Assembly: GCA_964247055.1 (NCBI GenBank)
Contig: OZ176053.1
Span: 2,790,001-2,854,000 of the forward strand
Reading direction: 5' to 3'
Length of the DNA stretch: 64,000 bases
DNA from: Paragordius varius
Taxonomy: Eukaryota > Animalia > Nematomorpha
This document shows, piece by piece, positions 1 through 13,327 of this stretch. Position 1 is the stretch's first letter. Each line of letters starts with the position of its first letter. A program made the position numbers and the translations under genes. The notes under the pieces were generated by a model, which saw only the letters and a program-made list of their open reading frames with translations, did no database searches and was not told the origin of the DNA.

Positions 1-395
1 TACTTTTCCATAATTTAGTCAACTTGTTGGCAGCTGACTTCCCTTATGGTAATGATATGCAGCGTTTTATATCTGGCGTGAGGAGCCGTTGATATCTATT
101 GGAGAGTCTTAAAATAGTATTTCATTTACTACTTCTGCTGAGTCGTCTATGGTTATATTAGGTTTGTTTTTTAATAAACTTATAACTTTGGTCTCTAAGG
201 ATTGAGGTTCAATCTATATCTTTTAGTTTCTTCTCTTACTAACCTTATCATATTTAAATTTTCTACATTATCTGCGATTAGGGCGTCCTCTGCGAATGTT
301 AGATTGTTAATCTTTCTCCCTCCTATCCTTTGGCTCTCTTTTCTCATGGTCATTTGAACAAATATTAAACAAGTATGGTGAGGGGATCAATTGAA
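1..395 (-). mobile_element. Degenerate RTE-like non-LTR retrotransposon, reverse-transcriptase fragment
   Basis: Manual minus-strand translation gives LIPSPYLFNI ... RIGGRKINNLTFAEDALIADNVENLNMIRLVREETKRYRLNLN*RPK ... DIKRCI ... KSAANKLTKLWKS. This matches RTE RT motifs (SPxLFN; GRxINNLRYADD; GLxLNxxKTK). Stops and frameshifts are present; truncated by the window edge. Confidence 0.75.
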
Positions 396-405
396 ACTAG
401 ATTTC

Positions 406-616
406 TAGATGATTTTCAAAGGGCATAATTTTTATATTACCATCTATTAATGGCCGCAAAAATTATTTATCTTGTCCTAAGGGCTGTGCACAATACCGAT
501 AAAAATTCCATAGCTGCTTGACACATTTGCAGATATATGTGCTCAAAATATGTGTATCAAAAAATTAATAAATAATTAAGGACCATCATTTTAAGGGCAC
601 CGGTTTAGTACCACTC
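406..616. mobile_element. Short Buster/Charlie-type hAT MITE remnant
   Basis: Right end GGTTTAGTACCACTC resembles the CAGTGGTACTCA TIR of the 8587-14359 element. Internal TAGCTGCTTGACACATTTGCAGATAT resembles 8676-8700. No clear TSD. Confidence 0.4.
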
Positions 617-1867
617 ATCTAAGGCATTTTCTCAATTATTTTTATCACTTAAATTATTTCAGATAAATTTACCCAAGATTAGGTTGTTTTGGGACATCAA
701 TGGTATTTAATTAATTTTATAAAAAAATGCTAATAATTTTTTATCAGTTTTATTGATTGACAAAACATAAAAATACATTTGCGATTGTAAGTCACTTATA
801 GTACGGAAATTGAAACGTAACGAAATTACCAAAAACATGAACAATATTTATGTATTAGTTACACATTACATATGGGTGTTATGTTATCTCTACATGTGTT
901 TATAAATTTTTTTTCGTTAGAGGCGAGCTAAATTCTAGTACGTTGACATTCAAATTTTGTTATTAATTTTATACATTTTTTATTGCTTTTTTACATTTTT
1001 TTTCCTATGCTCCATGATTGTTTACGTGTTCGCCTTCCCTTCTTTTTTACATTATATGTATTTTGGATATTTTTGTAATGTTAAAAAATGTATGTTTGAC
1101 TCATACATATGTATACACCATTTTGTTTACAGATCTTTTTATATACAATTGGATATACGGAGGTTAGTAGTAGCTAGAAAATAATTTTTAAAAAAATTCT
1201 AAACAAAGAGAAAACGAAAACAAAAGAAAGGTGTATGGTACATAACAACTAACTTCCATTAGATACACTACCCATATCCAAAATGCTATGTAAAAATATT
1301 ATAAAATAATGAAATTCGTTTCCCTATTCATAATAACGAATGTGCTTTGCTATGATAGCCAGATTATATTTTTGTTAAACATTATTTTTTTAATCTTTTT
1401 ATTCTTTTTTATACTTATTAATGAATTTTACGATTAGGATATGTAGTTACAAGGGCAGTAGTTGGAGCCAGCAGTAATTTCAAATTTATACATCACGTTT
1501 TTAATTTTATATTACAAAGTAGTAATGTGCTCATTTTTAAATATTTTGTAATATGGGGTATTTTATCTCCTCTTTTTATCCCTAAAAAATGTTTATTGTA
1601 AAATGTATAAAGGAAAAAAGAAATCGATACGGACAAAATTATGTTTGCTGTAATGTGCTTACAATTTTTGGGTTGTGCTTTTTCATGTGTCCCAAAAACC
1701 ACTTATTTTTGTCATTGTCATATCTACATATACAGCATACTTTTATCCTTGACCATGAATTAAAATGTCTCATCATCCATTGTATGGTACATATTTCTAC
1801 TCTACATCGATTGTAAATTTTGTTTGCATATTTTTTATCTGCATCTTCGCAACTATTTAACTCTTAA

Positions 1868-2236
1868 CCCATTAAGTTAATTTTTAAAAACCCATTATTA
1901 TACGTCATAATGAATCCGCAATTTTGGTTAATCAACCGTATTTACATAAATGTAAAACCTCATTAGTCAAATTTATTCATGGCTACTGTGCATTGTTGTT
2001 GCATTGCGTTTTAATTAGAGGAATTATTGATTTCTCTAAACTTATCAATATGAAACGCAGTGACATTGCAATGCAGATTAGAAATGACAATTACGGCAAT
2101 CGGTTAATTAATGAAACGAGTAGTGACATTGCATTGTGATTGCATTGCGCTTATCAAAAAATTATCGCATGCCTTAGCAATGCATTGTCAATACTTAATT
2201 TGATCATCATATACCTTGGGGTCTGCAAACTATGGG
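1868..2236. mobile_element. Possible piggyBac-like MITE
   Basis: TTAA|CCCAT ... ATGGG|TTAA boundaries; interior rich in repeated (G)CATTG(C) motifs. The TIR match is only 5 bp. Confidence 0.3.
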
Positions 2237-2800
2237 TTAATTTTCCGTTTATATTAAATATTGATTCCGGAATAGTATACTGCAAAATAAAATATCGAAA
2301 TTCCCTGATTATCTACTCTTATTAATATTTGTTCTGTAGGTGTTCAATCTTTTGTCGTACATACACCAATGATTGAGCTTTCTCGCAAGTTTCTCGATTT
2401 TTGTAGAAAGATTTTTTTACGAAATTGTCATAGATTATACGATAAAGTCAAGTTTAGGACTTCATCAAATAAGATAAAATGTAACAATTATTTATACTGC
2501 GGGCCGAACAGTTAATAAATGTTGATTTATTAGATATCTTATATAATTAAGTAAAAAAAATTGTTTGTTTCTAGAGGACAACTAGTATTTCTAAATACAG
2601 TATGAAGTATTCATTGCTAGTTTATCTCTAATTATTGCCTCTATATTGAGCAAAGGGCAATATTGTGGCTTAAATTTTTTTTGGTATTATTAGCCCAATT
2701 ATTATACTCTTTGCTGTCTATGCTATCTAGCAATATTTAAAATTAGAATTTTTATTGAAATAAGAAAAAAAGTTCATACATGAATTTAAATTTTAGATTA

Positions 2801-4330
2801 TAGTATGAGTAGGTATGTATAGAAAGTTATTAATTATTGCCGAATAACATATGCAGCAAAGAATTATTTATTGGCTAAAAGTAGTAAAAAATGAAAAAAT
2901 TAACTACAAGCCAATAATACTGCCCTTTGTTGTATGTGCTATTTGGCAATAATTAATATCTTTCTAGCAATGTATACTAAAGTGACCAGATAGGCTGTTT
3001 TTCGCAGTACAGTACTGGATTTTTAGAAAAAAACTGCGACTGTACTGCGCCCACTTTTGTACTGCTTTTTGAAATTAAAAAAAAATAATTACTTATGAAT
3101 ATATATTAATTACCTTTTTTTAAAAAAAATAGTTTGTAATTTCATATAGTACCTTCTGTAAAAATAAACCCATAATTTGTAAACATATTGTTCATTTTGC
3201 GGTAAAACACTAAGATTGGCCTATTTTTAAATGGTTAATAGTTTATCTTTTGCTCGAATTATACATAAAATTCGATTTTAAATCGGTCAACTCTTATAAT
3301 TGTAGCCTTTCTCACATTGGCGAAACTATAAATCTCGGACTTCACCGTAAGATTCAGGCTAATGGCTCTTTCACTCGGGGCTTCCGCAAATAGAGGTGCC
3401 TCAAAATTTAAAATTAACAAAATTAATTTATGATATTTTAATAAATGTTTGATCAAGGTTAGAATTATTTTTTGTTAAAATTATCAAACGGAAAATTATA
3501 TAGAAAATTGTTATTTCCGTAACTATTTAAAATTTAATATTATAATATATGATTTCGTAATAACCTTTTTTTCGTAAAAGGTTACGTTTTCTATTCTCAT
3601 TAGGTGTGAGGTATGATACTTAATTTTTTTCCTAAACTTTATGTTTATTAGTTTTCTTATTTTTTGCAACAAATATTGAGATATTTTGTTGAATACTTCT
3701 AACAATTTGAAGCATGATGGACATGGTTCTCTTTAAGATATAATAAAACCCTTTTTTTAAATAATTCGATGTTGATCATAGAGTTTTAATTAAAGGTGTT
3801 TGCTTGCAAATTTTGGTGAATTTTCGTAAAAAAACACCATTTTTATGTAACCTAAATTTAACGAACGAATATTTTAATTAAAATTTTGATTGAGAAATTA
3901 GCATTATCGAATTATATAAAAATGTTATAACAACCGTTTATATCGTTTCCATCATGCTGAAATTATATATGCTTCAACAAAATTTGCTAAAATCAATTCG
4001 AAAGTATGCATTTAAAAAATATATTTAGTTGATATAAAAATTTAGCATATATTCAAAACTATTTGGAATTTTTGCGATTATTTTGAGAGAACACTAGTTT
4101 TAAGAGAGCCAAAAAATTTGGGACTTTCAGAGCCCACATCTAAAAACCAAAACCAAAAGCACCATGCCCGATATTTTCCTAGAGTATATATATTTCATCT
4201 GGAAATTTTTTTGTGGAAACTGTGTTATATACCACACCTATGGTGTAAAAACAGGCAAAGTATATTTTAATTTTGTACTGCGTTCAAGTTTAAAATATCT
4301 GGTCACATTAATGTATACTTAATCAGAATG
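2801..4330. mobile_element. Tc1/mariner-type MITE family A (TIR CAGTATGAGTAAGTATACATTGCTAGAAAGTTATTAATTATTG), split by a hAT insertion
   Basis: Matches the intact copies at 30737-30912 and 42906-43098. The right TIR is broken at ATGTATAC and resumes, degenerate, at 4319-4330. A further fragment lies near 2597-2670. Confidence 0.75.
2978..4310 (-). mobile_element. Deleted Blackjack-like hAT element with decayed transposase
   Basis: TIRs TAAAGTGACCAGATA / TATCTGGTCACATTA (14/15) and perfect 8-bp TSD ATGTATAC (2970-2977, 4311-4318). The minus-strand ORF 3259-3456 (LILNFEAPLFAEAPSERAISL) resembles a hAT C-terminal dimerisation motif. Confidence 0.8.
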
Positions 4331-4849
4331 CATATGAAATGGTTGTTTATTGGATCAATATATGGCAAAAAATTTTTTTAGAAGAAAAAAGTCAAAAACT
4401 TAATATTTAATTATTTACTCTTAATACAAAAATTATCAGATTATACTATACCTGCCGGAAGTAATTATAATATGTTTTACAAAGATAGACAAAGAGCTGT
4501 TTAAAGGTCAACATTTATATTTTTACTAAGACATATGATAGAACATAATATTGACCAAAATTCTTCTAAAGGGCTAAAAAACATATTTTTATTGTCCCAC
4601 TTTATACCGTTAAATATTTAATAGCTTTTTGACCCATTTGGAGATTACTGCAAATAAGTGTATCAGAAAATAAATGAATAATTTAGAACACTGAAAAAGC
4701 AATTTTAAGACCGCATTTGGCCCGTGGGCTGTTTAAATGCTACTGGTTTAGAACTAACACGCACGTTTTTAAATTAAATTCATTCTTATGTCGTAAAGGA
4801 ATATTTTGCATCGAATTTAGACGAGTGAAAGTTGATTTTTCTAAATCCA

Positions 4850-5240
4850 AAGCGGAAAAACCATGACTTTTATCTTTCCAGTATTTCCACAATAAGGCCA
4901 AATCGTTTGGTCAGAAAACTATGATATACTATACCCTGTATGACTAGAGCGGTATTGCGTATCATAAACTCCTTAAGTTCAGTTAAATAACAATATCGCT
5001 AACAAAACTAATTAAAAGCAGGCATCAATCGAAAAACAATCGGAATGAAACATGGTAAAACGATTTTGCTATATGACGATTATCGCATCAACAAGTGTAT
5101 CTTAAAATCGATGAGAAATTTCCGATTCTACTGAACTCTCATGACCTAGGCACACCCTCGCGAGCAGGACTTTATTTGTTGGAAAATGGCTTGACAAATG
5201 GTTTCCCGCAAGAGTCAACGGATTATCTGTCCCGGCATTT
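4850..5240 (+). mobile_element. Probable degraded LINE RT fragment
   Basis: Plus-strand LTNGFPQES..LS resembles the RT motif NGxPQGSxLSP; an AYDTVSH-like remnant lies near 5070. Very decayed; abuts the foldback element. Confidence 0.4.
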
Positions 5241-5245
5241 AGATA

Positions 5246-5957
5246 TACCATTTACACTTCAAGAGTGTCCTTGAACAATTCAAGTTGGTCCTTGAACAAT
5301 TCAAGTTGGTCTTTGAACAATTCAAGTTGGTCCTTGAACAATTCAAGTTGGTCCTTGAACAATTCAAGTTGGTCCTTGAACAGTTCAAGTTGGTCCTGTA
5401 AATTTATAAATTTTGATTTAACCATAATTTTTGCATTATTTTTTTATTTAATTATTTATTAACCTAATTTTCTTTATTTTATATATTTATTCATATAAAA
5501 ATAAATTTTTTTATTGAAAAACCACTTTTTTTGTTTAAAACTATTTTTTTTCAATTGAACAAAATTATTGACTTTTAGATGTTTTTAATGAAAAATTTTA
5601 ATTAATAACCCAGAAAACTTATATATTTTTTCATTTCGTGTTAAAATCTTATAAATATCTAAATTTATTTTAAGAAATTAATAAAGATATACGGTTTTTC
5701 AAAGATTAAAAGTTGATATCGATTTAAAATTTATGTTAAATAATAGAAAATAGGTTAAAAACAATAAAATAGACGAATTATTTTCGATTTGATTGATAAA
5801 AGTTAAAAACAAAACAAAAAAGTTAAAGGACCAACTTGAATTGTTCAAGGACCAACTTGAATTGTTCAAGGACCAACTTGAATTGTTCAAGGACCAACTT
5901 GAACTGTTCAAGGACCAACTTGAATTGTTCAAGGACACTCTTGAAGTGTAAATGGTA
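5246..5957. mobile_element. Foldback-like element whose long TIRs are built of 21-bp tandem repeats
   Basis: TA|TACCATTTACACTTCAAGAGTGTCC ... GGACACTCTTGAAGTGTAAATGGTA|TA. About 6 left and 5 right copies of GTCCTTGAACAATTCAAGTTG in opposite orientation, around an AT-rich core. The SLNNSSW repeat ORFs derive from this array. Confidence 0.85.
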
Positions 5958-6062
5958 TATTACCTGTGAGGCGTATGTAATAATATTATGAATAAAATAA
6001 AAATTGATATTCTATTTAAAAATTCCATATGTTTTGAAAATCCTGTAACATTTATGATGGTA

Positions 6063-6065
<3 letters not shown>

Positions 6066-6102
<37 letters not shown>
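6066..6102. repeat. (AT)n microsatellite
   Basis: Pure AT dinucleotide run. Confidence 0.95.
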
Positions 6103-6106
<4 letters not shown>

Positions 6107-8849
6107 CATATATTTTATCTTCTGGGTTGCTTATTTTTTCTATTATTCATATTTTTATTATTTTTCGATGTTTAAATAAAGTTTTAATTAATTGCAATGG
6201 CTATAAAAAGTAAATCGACCAAGATGCCAGTTATAAAGGGGAGACTATGAAATGGAAATTTTACAGATTAACCCTGCCAAGCGGTTAATTAAAAATGCTC
6301 TGTAATTATTTATTCATGCGGCCCTTGATGATATTTTGCTAATGCGGTCCATAAAGTCATTTGTGTTGCACCTGATTTTTACCTAAAAATAATTCAATGC
6401 CTCTATGTGTTTTTCAGTAAATCCGATACTTTTTTAACAAACAAATCCATTTAGACGGGCGGGGTTTAACTGAGGCGCTAAATGCCTATATTTATTGAGC
6501 AATCATAATTAAATTAATAAGCTGATACCTTTTTGACAGAATTGCATTTAAAGTCAAAATTTATTAAAAACCTATGTTTCTGGTAAGTGTGTGGGAATTG
6601 GGTGATTAAAAAAGTCTCTCGTCACTTTAATTCATTTATATAATTGGTTCACTTTCAGAAATTTGAGTCAATTCTAAAAGTTCATTTTCAAACGGACGGG
6701 AATACCTGCCGACATGTATATATTACATCCCTTTTTAGCCATTAAGAATCCCAAATGGCCAATAATAGCTCTCGTTCCTGCATTTGATTATTAAAACTTT
6801 AATGCCATACACTACTGAGTAAATATCGCGATTTTTGTGAAGTTTTGTTTTTATATAATTAAAATCTCATTTGTTTTTCCATAATACTACTAAAGTAATC
6901 CTTTGTTTTAAATATGCATAAAAATTAATATTAGGTTTAGTTGAATGTAGGTATTTTTTTGTAAAAGCCTGGTTTAATGACTCATATAATGCAATATTTG
7001 TTGGATAGTAATGTTTTTTTTGAATGTCAAAATTAAAACAACATTAAATCGATAATTAATTGTAAATATTGTCAAAGTTTGATTTTTATAATTGAGCGGG
7101 CTTTGTGCGCACATATGTAATGTTTGATAATTTCATTATTAACACTTGGATATTTCAGTCTCTCGATTCAAATTGGGGTTGTTGAATATCCCACACCTGT
7201 TTAAAAAATACTTTAAAAATATGGAAGGAGTCGAAACCAAAGTTTTCAGTTATATAACATTAATATACCAAAATATTAAAAAAAAATTCATTTGAAAATA
7301 CTTCATATTACTTATTTAAGGTAAAACCCAAATATAAAATTTTAAAAATGACATGTTTGCATTAGCTTAATTAAAAAAATAAAACAAAATAAACCACTTT
7401 TGTTTCTATCAATGTTTGATGTGATTAAAATAAAAATACTCTTTAATTCTAGCTTTAAAATTAAATAAATTCGTGCAAAAATGCTGCAAAATAAAAATGG
7501 GAAGTAGTTGATATGGAAATTTCTTTCGAACTAAATTTTATTTAGATAATTCGGCTTATTATTTATATTAGGATAAAACATAAATTTAAATTGGACCGTT
7601 TCTTTTAGTAGTTTTTTAATAGCTTAAATAGTAGTCTGAGATATTTAGATACCCCAATTTGGATCGAAGCTTTTTTACTTCGTGACATTCCTTTTTTAGT
7701 CCTGGGTGACCTATCAAGAGATTATTTCGTATGAACTATTCGTTTGAAAGCTATAGTTAAAATTAATTATCAAACATTGTTCTCATGTATAGATAATAAA
7801 GCTTATATTTTTTACAGTTTTGTGACTTATTAAGACAGCTACAAAACAATGAATGAATAGTTGATATTAAAATCAAAACAGATCATTTGCTGTTAAATAT
7901 AGCCTGAAAGGTTTATAAAATTAATTCTTACACTTCTAACCATAATATAATATACATTTATTTGCCTTTTGCATTACCAATTTAAAAAATATAAAAAAAT
8001 GGCGACGAAAAAGTTTGAGTCCGAATTTTTTAACAATTTTAAATTTTTTAAAAAATTTGTATAATGCGCCATTAAAGGCTAAAGTAAGCATATTTATAAA
8101 TTCGGTAATACCTGCCCACCCTAACCACCGCCAATTTCTTAATCTTAACCTTTATTTTTGTTAAATAACTTATTAAGAGCATATTAATCAGAAAATCATG
8201 TTTTGAAATTTTGTTTTCTCGATTTTGCGTGAGCAAATTTTCTAATTATATCTTTTTTATCCATTTGATCCGCCATCTTCGCTTAAATTTCTAGTAACAA
8301 TAAATTGCTCAACCTTTTCAGCCATCTTGCTTATTTCAAACTTATTTCAGATACCTAAGTAGAACTTCTGAAAGGTCCCATCGTTTTATAGCCAAAAAAT
8401 GTATATATTGCCTCCAGAGTTGCAAAAAAATCAGATTCTTCTCTACAAGATTAAATAGATTTATGAATAAATTTAGATTATGAGCGGCGCAATGAACATA
8501 AACTACCTGGGGCTGATCCTATCTCAAAAGATATTGTACTCGATTGTAAGTTCCGCTCACACTGGCTCCATTATAACCCTCTACACCAGTGGTACTCACC
8601 AAAAAAATTTGACGGGCCAAATAAAATATATTTTTTTTTCGAGGGCCATGAACCTTATAATGGCAAATATTTCATAGCTATTTGACACATATGCACATAT
8701 TTATACTCTAAATCAGCACAATGAATTTTTTGCGGATCGCATGAAATCCAGCTAAAAACTTGTATTACACCACCTAATTTAAAAAATTAAAATATTTTGA
8801 TATTATTTTCATATTAATTAATAATTTTTGGCAAAATTGGTTTCTCATA

Positions 8850-10300
8850 CAGGCCATTCTTAATAAGTCATCCATATGTCTGTCTGTATTCTTGACATAC
8901 TTCATTTTTGAATATGCCGTCTTACACGTGTAAGTTGAGGGAAAAACAGTTAGGATAACTTGAGCGCATCTTTTATATCTTCATATTTATGGCACATATT
9001 GGCAAAACTCTGCATATCTTTTTTCTCCACGATTTCCCTAGAATATAGCCTTTAAATTGGAATTTTTAAAATCTACGGATTCAATGATATGCGCCTGATC
9101 AAACCGAAGTGCTTAAATTGCTTAATATTGATATTTCCATATGCCATAAATTTTCAACGAGTTTTAAGCATTTTTTAATATTTCTAAATTCTTGAAATTT
9201 GAGTATCTCATTGGATAAAAATGTTTAATGATTGTCTATTATTAACCGTGGTAAATTCCATATTTTCTTCATGAATCGTTTTAATTTTATAAGTAATGTC
9301 ACAAAGGTAGGCTAATAAAACCCACCCACTATTTTCCTCGTCAAACTTTCTGTCATCTTTTATAAATAATATAATTTCATGTCTTAAAACAAAAAATCTG
9401 TTTAATACTTTGCTAAGGCTTAGCCATCTCACAGCGGTGTACAGACTAATATCAAACTAACTGTGGATCTTTCAGAAGGTTTTTGAATTAACGGCGGTTG
9501 AATTTGCCACAGATGTGATTAGCTATATCCACAACCGTTTTAATTACTGAATTGAGTGATTCATCTTTTACACGCGTAACAAATTTCGCTGATGAATAAA
9601 GCAGTGAAAGATATATAATTATATTTGTTTTTCGAAAGAACTTTGTTTATTCCAATCTTAGAGGGACAACCATCTGTGCAGATCAAAACCATAAGATATA
9701 CCATTATTATTGAAAAAAAGTGCTAATTATTTCGAGAATCACTTCCTTTCGTGGTATTATTCATTGGTAAAATTTTTATTTATTCCTCGTTGATTATGTT
9801 GTTGTAAAATCTCACGAAGAGCGCACATTAAGTTGTTGAACTAATATTGCTAGAATCAATAGCAATACTACTATATTTGCACTTTTTCAGAACGAATGTT
9901 TTGTTAAAAATATATTTAGACATATCTTCAATGCGTGAAGCACATGTTGAATCAGAAAAGTTGTTTTTGCCTCATGATTTGATCTTTATTATGGAATTTA
10001 TCAAATCAAAAAGTGCAACCATTTATTAGACATTCTTTTTAGTTGGAAATCTGTAAACGGTTTTATATTTTTTCCTAAAATATAGCAAATTTTATACGAA
10101 GCTAATGTTACAGCTTTTTCCTGGTAAAGCTATGGACATAATAGATTTTTCTTTTTGGTATAATTCCATAATCTTTTTATATTTTTCGTTTCTTTCCTCA
10201 TGATTTTCTGGTATTTTATGAGAATGATGGATTGTAAAATGTGTTTCAATTTTAAATTATGTTGTCTTTACATACAAGGGAGGTAACAACATTTTTATTT
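8850..10300 (-). pseudogene. Decayed Buster-type (ZBED5/GTF2IRD2-like) DDE transposase
   Basis: Manual translation across frameshifts: LASYKICYILGKNIKPFTD; QLSDSTCASRIEDMS; SIAIDSS; LICTDGCPSKIG; FHCFIHQ (CxxH); LYTAVRWLSLSKVLNRFFVLRHEI..LAYLCDI; VFPSTYTCKTAYSKMKYVKN, where the catalytic E position reads K. Confidence 0.85.
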
Positions 10301-11057
10301 TAAACGACAAAGAATTTATCTTCTTATTCTTTTTAAAACAGCGATTTTTATCGGATAATATACGTTTTTTAGCATTAGATGTCATCCTTCAATTTATGTG
10401 TAAATATTATGCAATTTTTTTCAAAAAAATAAGAATATGTTTTCACTTATGCTATAAAAAAACAGGTCGAAATTTAATAAATGAGAATGAGTTCGGATAG
10501 CAATGAAAAGAATATGTATATGCAAGTTTGGATGAAAGGCTTGCTTAAATAAAATGGAATGCAATAAAAATTTCAAATAGAAAAGAAAATAGTATACAGA
10601 AACATCGTGTGCCAAAATTTTGAAATCATTTTAATGTAGGCATTTTTTTCTAATTTTGGGTAAAAAATAAAAATTAACAAAATTTTATCTTAAGAAAATA
10701 AATTAATATTATAATAAGCGAATATTCGTTTATGTGTAATTTAAAAATTCTTTAATAAAAAAATAAGTATCAATATGGCCATAGGTAAGGTGACCAGACG
10801 TCCCGCTTTTTCACATTTTGTCCCGCGTCCCGCTACGTTCTTAAAATGTCCCGCTTTTTCACGATTATATAAAAAAAATTTTTTTTTAATACAAATAAAT
10901 TTTTTTATCCGTTTAAATTTTTTATCATTAAATATCTTTAAAATCTATTCAATTTTAAATTAAAAATTTTTATTTTTAAATTAAAAATATTTATTTTTTT
11001 CGAATTTAGATCATATGATTATACACTTTGCTTCCTACTACTACTGTCATCATTATC

Positions 11058-11430
11058 AAAAAGCCAAGTTAATACCACAAATCTCTAGAAAAGATAAATT
11101 AATACCACAAATCGGTAGCTTACACGTTTATTTCAGAAAATTAAGGTAATATAATATTTACTATGCTATTTAGTTTTATTACTTGCTAACATATCAAAAA
11201 GCCAAATTAATACCACAAATCGGTACCTTACACGTTTATTCCAGAAAATTAAGATAATATAATATTTATTATACTAATATTTTAGTTTTATTACTTGCCA
11301 ACATTATTAAAAAGCCAAATTAATACCACAAATCGGTAGCTTAAAAGACAAATTGATATCACAAATCGGTACCTTACACGTTTATTCCAGAAAATTAAGG
11401 TAATTTAATATTTATTATACTAATATTAGT
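11058..11430 (+). repeat. Imperfect tandem repeats (~110 bp) upstream of the transposase
   Basis: About three copies of AAAAGCCAAATTAATACCACAAATCGGTA(G/C)CTTACACGTTTATT(C/T)CAGAAAATTAAG(G/A)TAAT, plus extra half-copies. Confidence 0.85.
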
Positions 11431-11438
11431 TTATAAAT

Positions 11439-13276
11439 ATGAGCACAAAAAGAGGTTGTAAATTCAACGATGAATTAATGAAAGATTTTCCTTTTATCAA
11501 AAAAACGAAGAATGATCAATCATCTGTTAAATGTCTTATATGCGAGGGGGAATTCACCCTAGCATATGGCGGCAAGCATGATATTACAAAGCATATAAAA
11601 ACACAGAAATATAAAAAATATTTAGATATGGCGGCATTATCTTACAAAATGAGCGATTTTTTTCGAAAAACCGCTTTTGAAGAGGAAGAAAAGAATTTGG
11701 CACTAGCTTAGGGCGTGTTATCTTTTCACACCTTTAATCACAATCTATGGATTGTACCTCACAGGTTATTCGCACGTTATTCCATAAAAAATTTACATGT
11801 GCCCGTACAAGGCTGAAGCCATAGTATGCAATGTCCTTTCGCCACATGCATTTTCTGAAATACAAAAAGATTTGCTGAAAATTAATTTCTTATCCCTATA
11901 CTCTGATGCATCAAATCACCATGAAACAAAATTATTTCCCACTAAGATATTTTGATTCAGAAACCGGAGCAAAAATTAAAATTTTAGATTTAATTTCTCT
12001 ACCCGATGAAAATTCCCAAAAAAATTTACTTCAATAATGCATATTCTAGAAAATAATTTAATAGACAAAATTATCGCATATTGCGCAGACAACACCAATA
12101 CGAACTTCAGTGGAAAAGCAAGGAGGGGAACGAATATTCATAAATTAGCAGATAATCTTAATCAAAACATTATTGGCGTTGGGTGTGCAGCGCATTTACA
12201 CAACGCTATTCAAACAGCTGCTGATTTGTTACCCCTAGATGTGGAAAATAGTTATTAAAATATATATCTTTTTTATATATACACGGTACGCGTTGAAACG
12301 CTTAAAGAATTCTGTGAAAATTCAGAAGTTCAATATCAAAAAATGCTTGGATATTGTAAATCTCGTTGGTTAGCTTTTATGCCAGCTATCGAAAGAATTT
12401 TAAAAATGAAGGATCCTTTAAAATCTTTTAATTATCACAGGACAAATGTCCTACAACTTTAAAAAAGTTTTTTGAAAGTGATTCTTCAAAAATATGGTTA
12501 GAATTCTTACATAATCAAGCTTCTCTCTTTCAAAATGTTATTAAATTTATAGAAGGTGACAAAATTTCGGCAATCGAAGTAGCCAATGAAGTTAGTAACC
12601 TAAAATTCCAATGTCAAGAACGGTTAGAAAATAATTTTATACCATTAACCATCCGCAATATAATAAATAATTTAGAAAAACAAGGCTTAATAAATCGCCA
12701 AGATATCCTGTACCATATAAAAATGTTTTATACAAACTGTAAAGATTATTTGGAAGACTGGACGACGCAATTCAATGAAATTAATCATTTTCATTGGATA
12801 ACATTAAAATCATAATTGGTGCGATGTTCAAAAATCATTTGATTATATCTGCTCCCAAAAATTCTGAAAAAGTAATCTTTCAGAAAATGATATTTTTCTG
12901 AATTATCATTAGTTAAAAGATATATTAATAATGAAAACTTAAATTATGGACAAAAGTAAAATATACAGTAGAAAAGAAATGGTTGGAAATATTTCATCAT
13001 TTTGAAGCCAACTATAATACATACAATAATATTTTAAAAATTGTGGAATTCGCACTATCTTTGCCTGGAACCAACGCTGCTACTGAGCGCGTTTTTTCCA
13101 CAGTAAATCAGGTGTGGACATCGGAAAAATCAAATTTAAATGTTGAAACTTTAAATCCCATTTTATCTGTCAAATATAATTTGACAAATTTCTGTGAAGA
13201 CTTCTACAATATTTTAAAAAATGATGACAATCTTCTAAAACGCATTCACTCAAACAAAAAATGTACCAAAGAATAA
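11439..13276 (+). pseudogene. Frameshifted hAT transposase
   Basis: ORF pieces 11439-11711 (BED-like VKCLICEGEF..KHDITKH), SDASNH, 12037-12258 (YCADNTNTNF..GVGCAAH), KSRWLAF, and 12983-13276 (SLPGTNAATERVFS). Multiple stops and frameshifts. Confidence 0.9.
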
Positions 13277-13327
13277 AATATTTTCTAATATTTATAAAGT
13301 TTTTATATTAAAAAATAAACTAAATTA

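Noticed and set aside
1280-1500. Helitron PIF1 helicase remnant (RMCFAM.., YVVTRA)
   Set aside because: Motif similarity is too weak and discontinuous to call without a search.
5265-5938. 21-bp repeat arrays as a CRISPR array, or SLNNSSW repeat proteins
   Set aside because: The units are directly adjacent with no spacers, there are no cas genes, the context is eukaryotic, and the arrays form the inverted arms of a transposon.
6400-8400. Coding remnants in moderately GC-richer patches
   Set aside because: Probably old TE debris, but no motif could be recognised on either strand.
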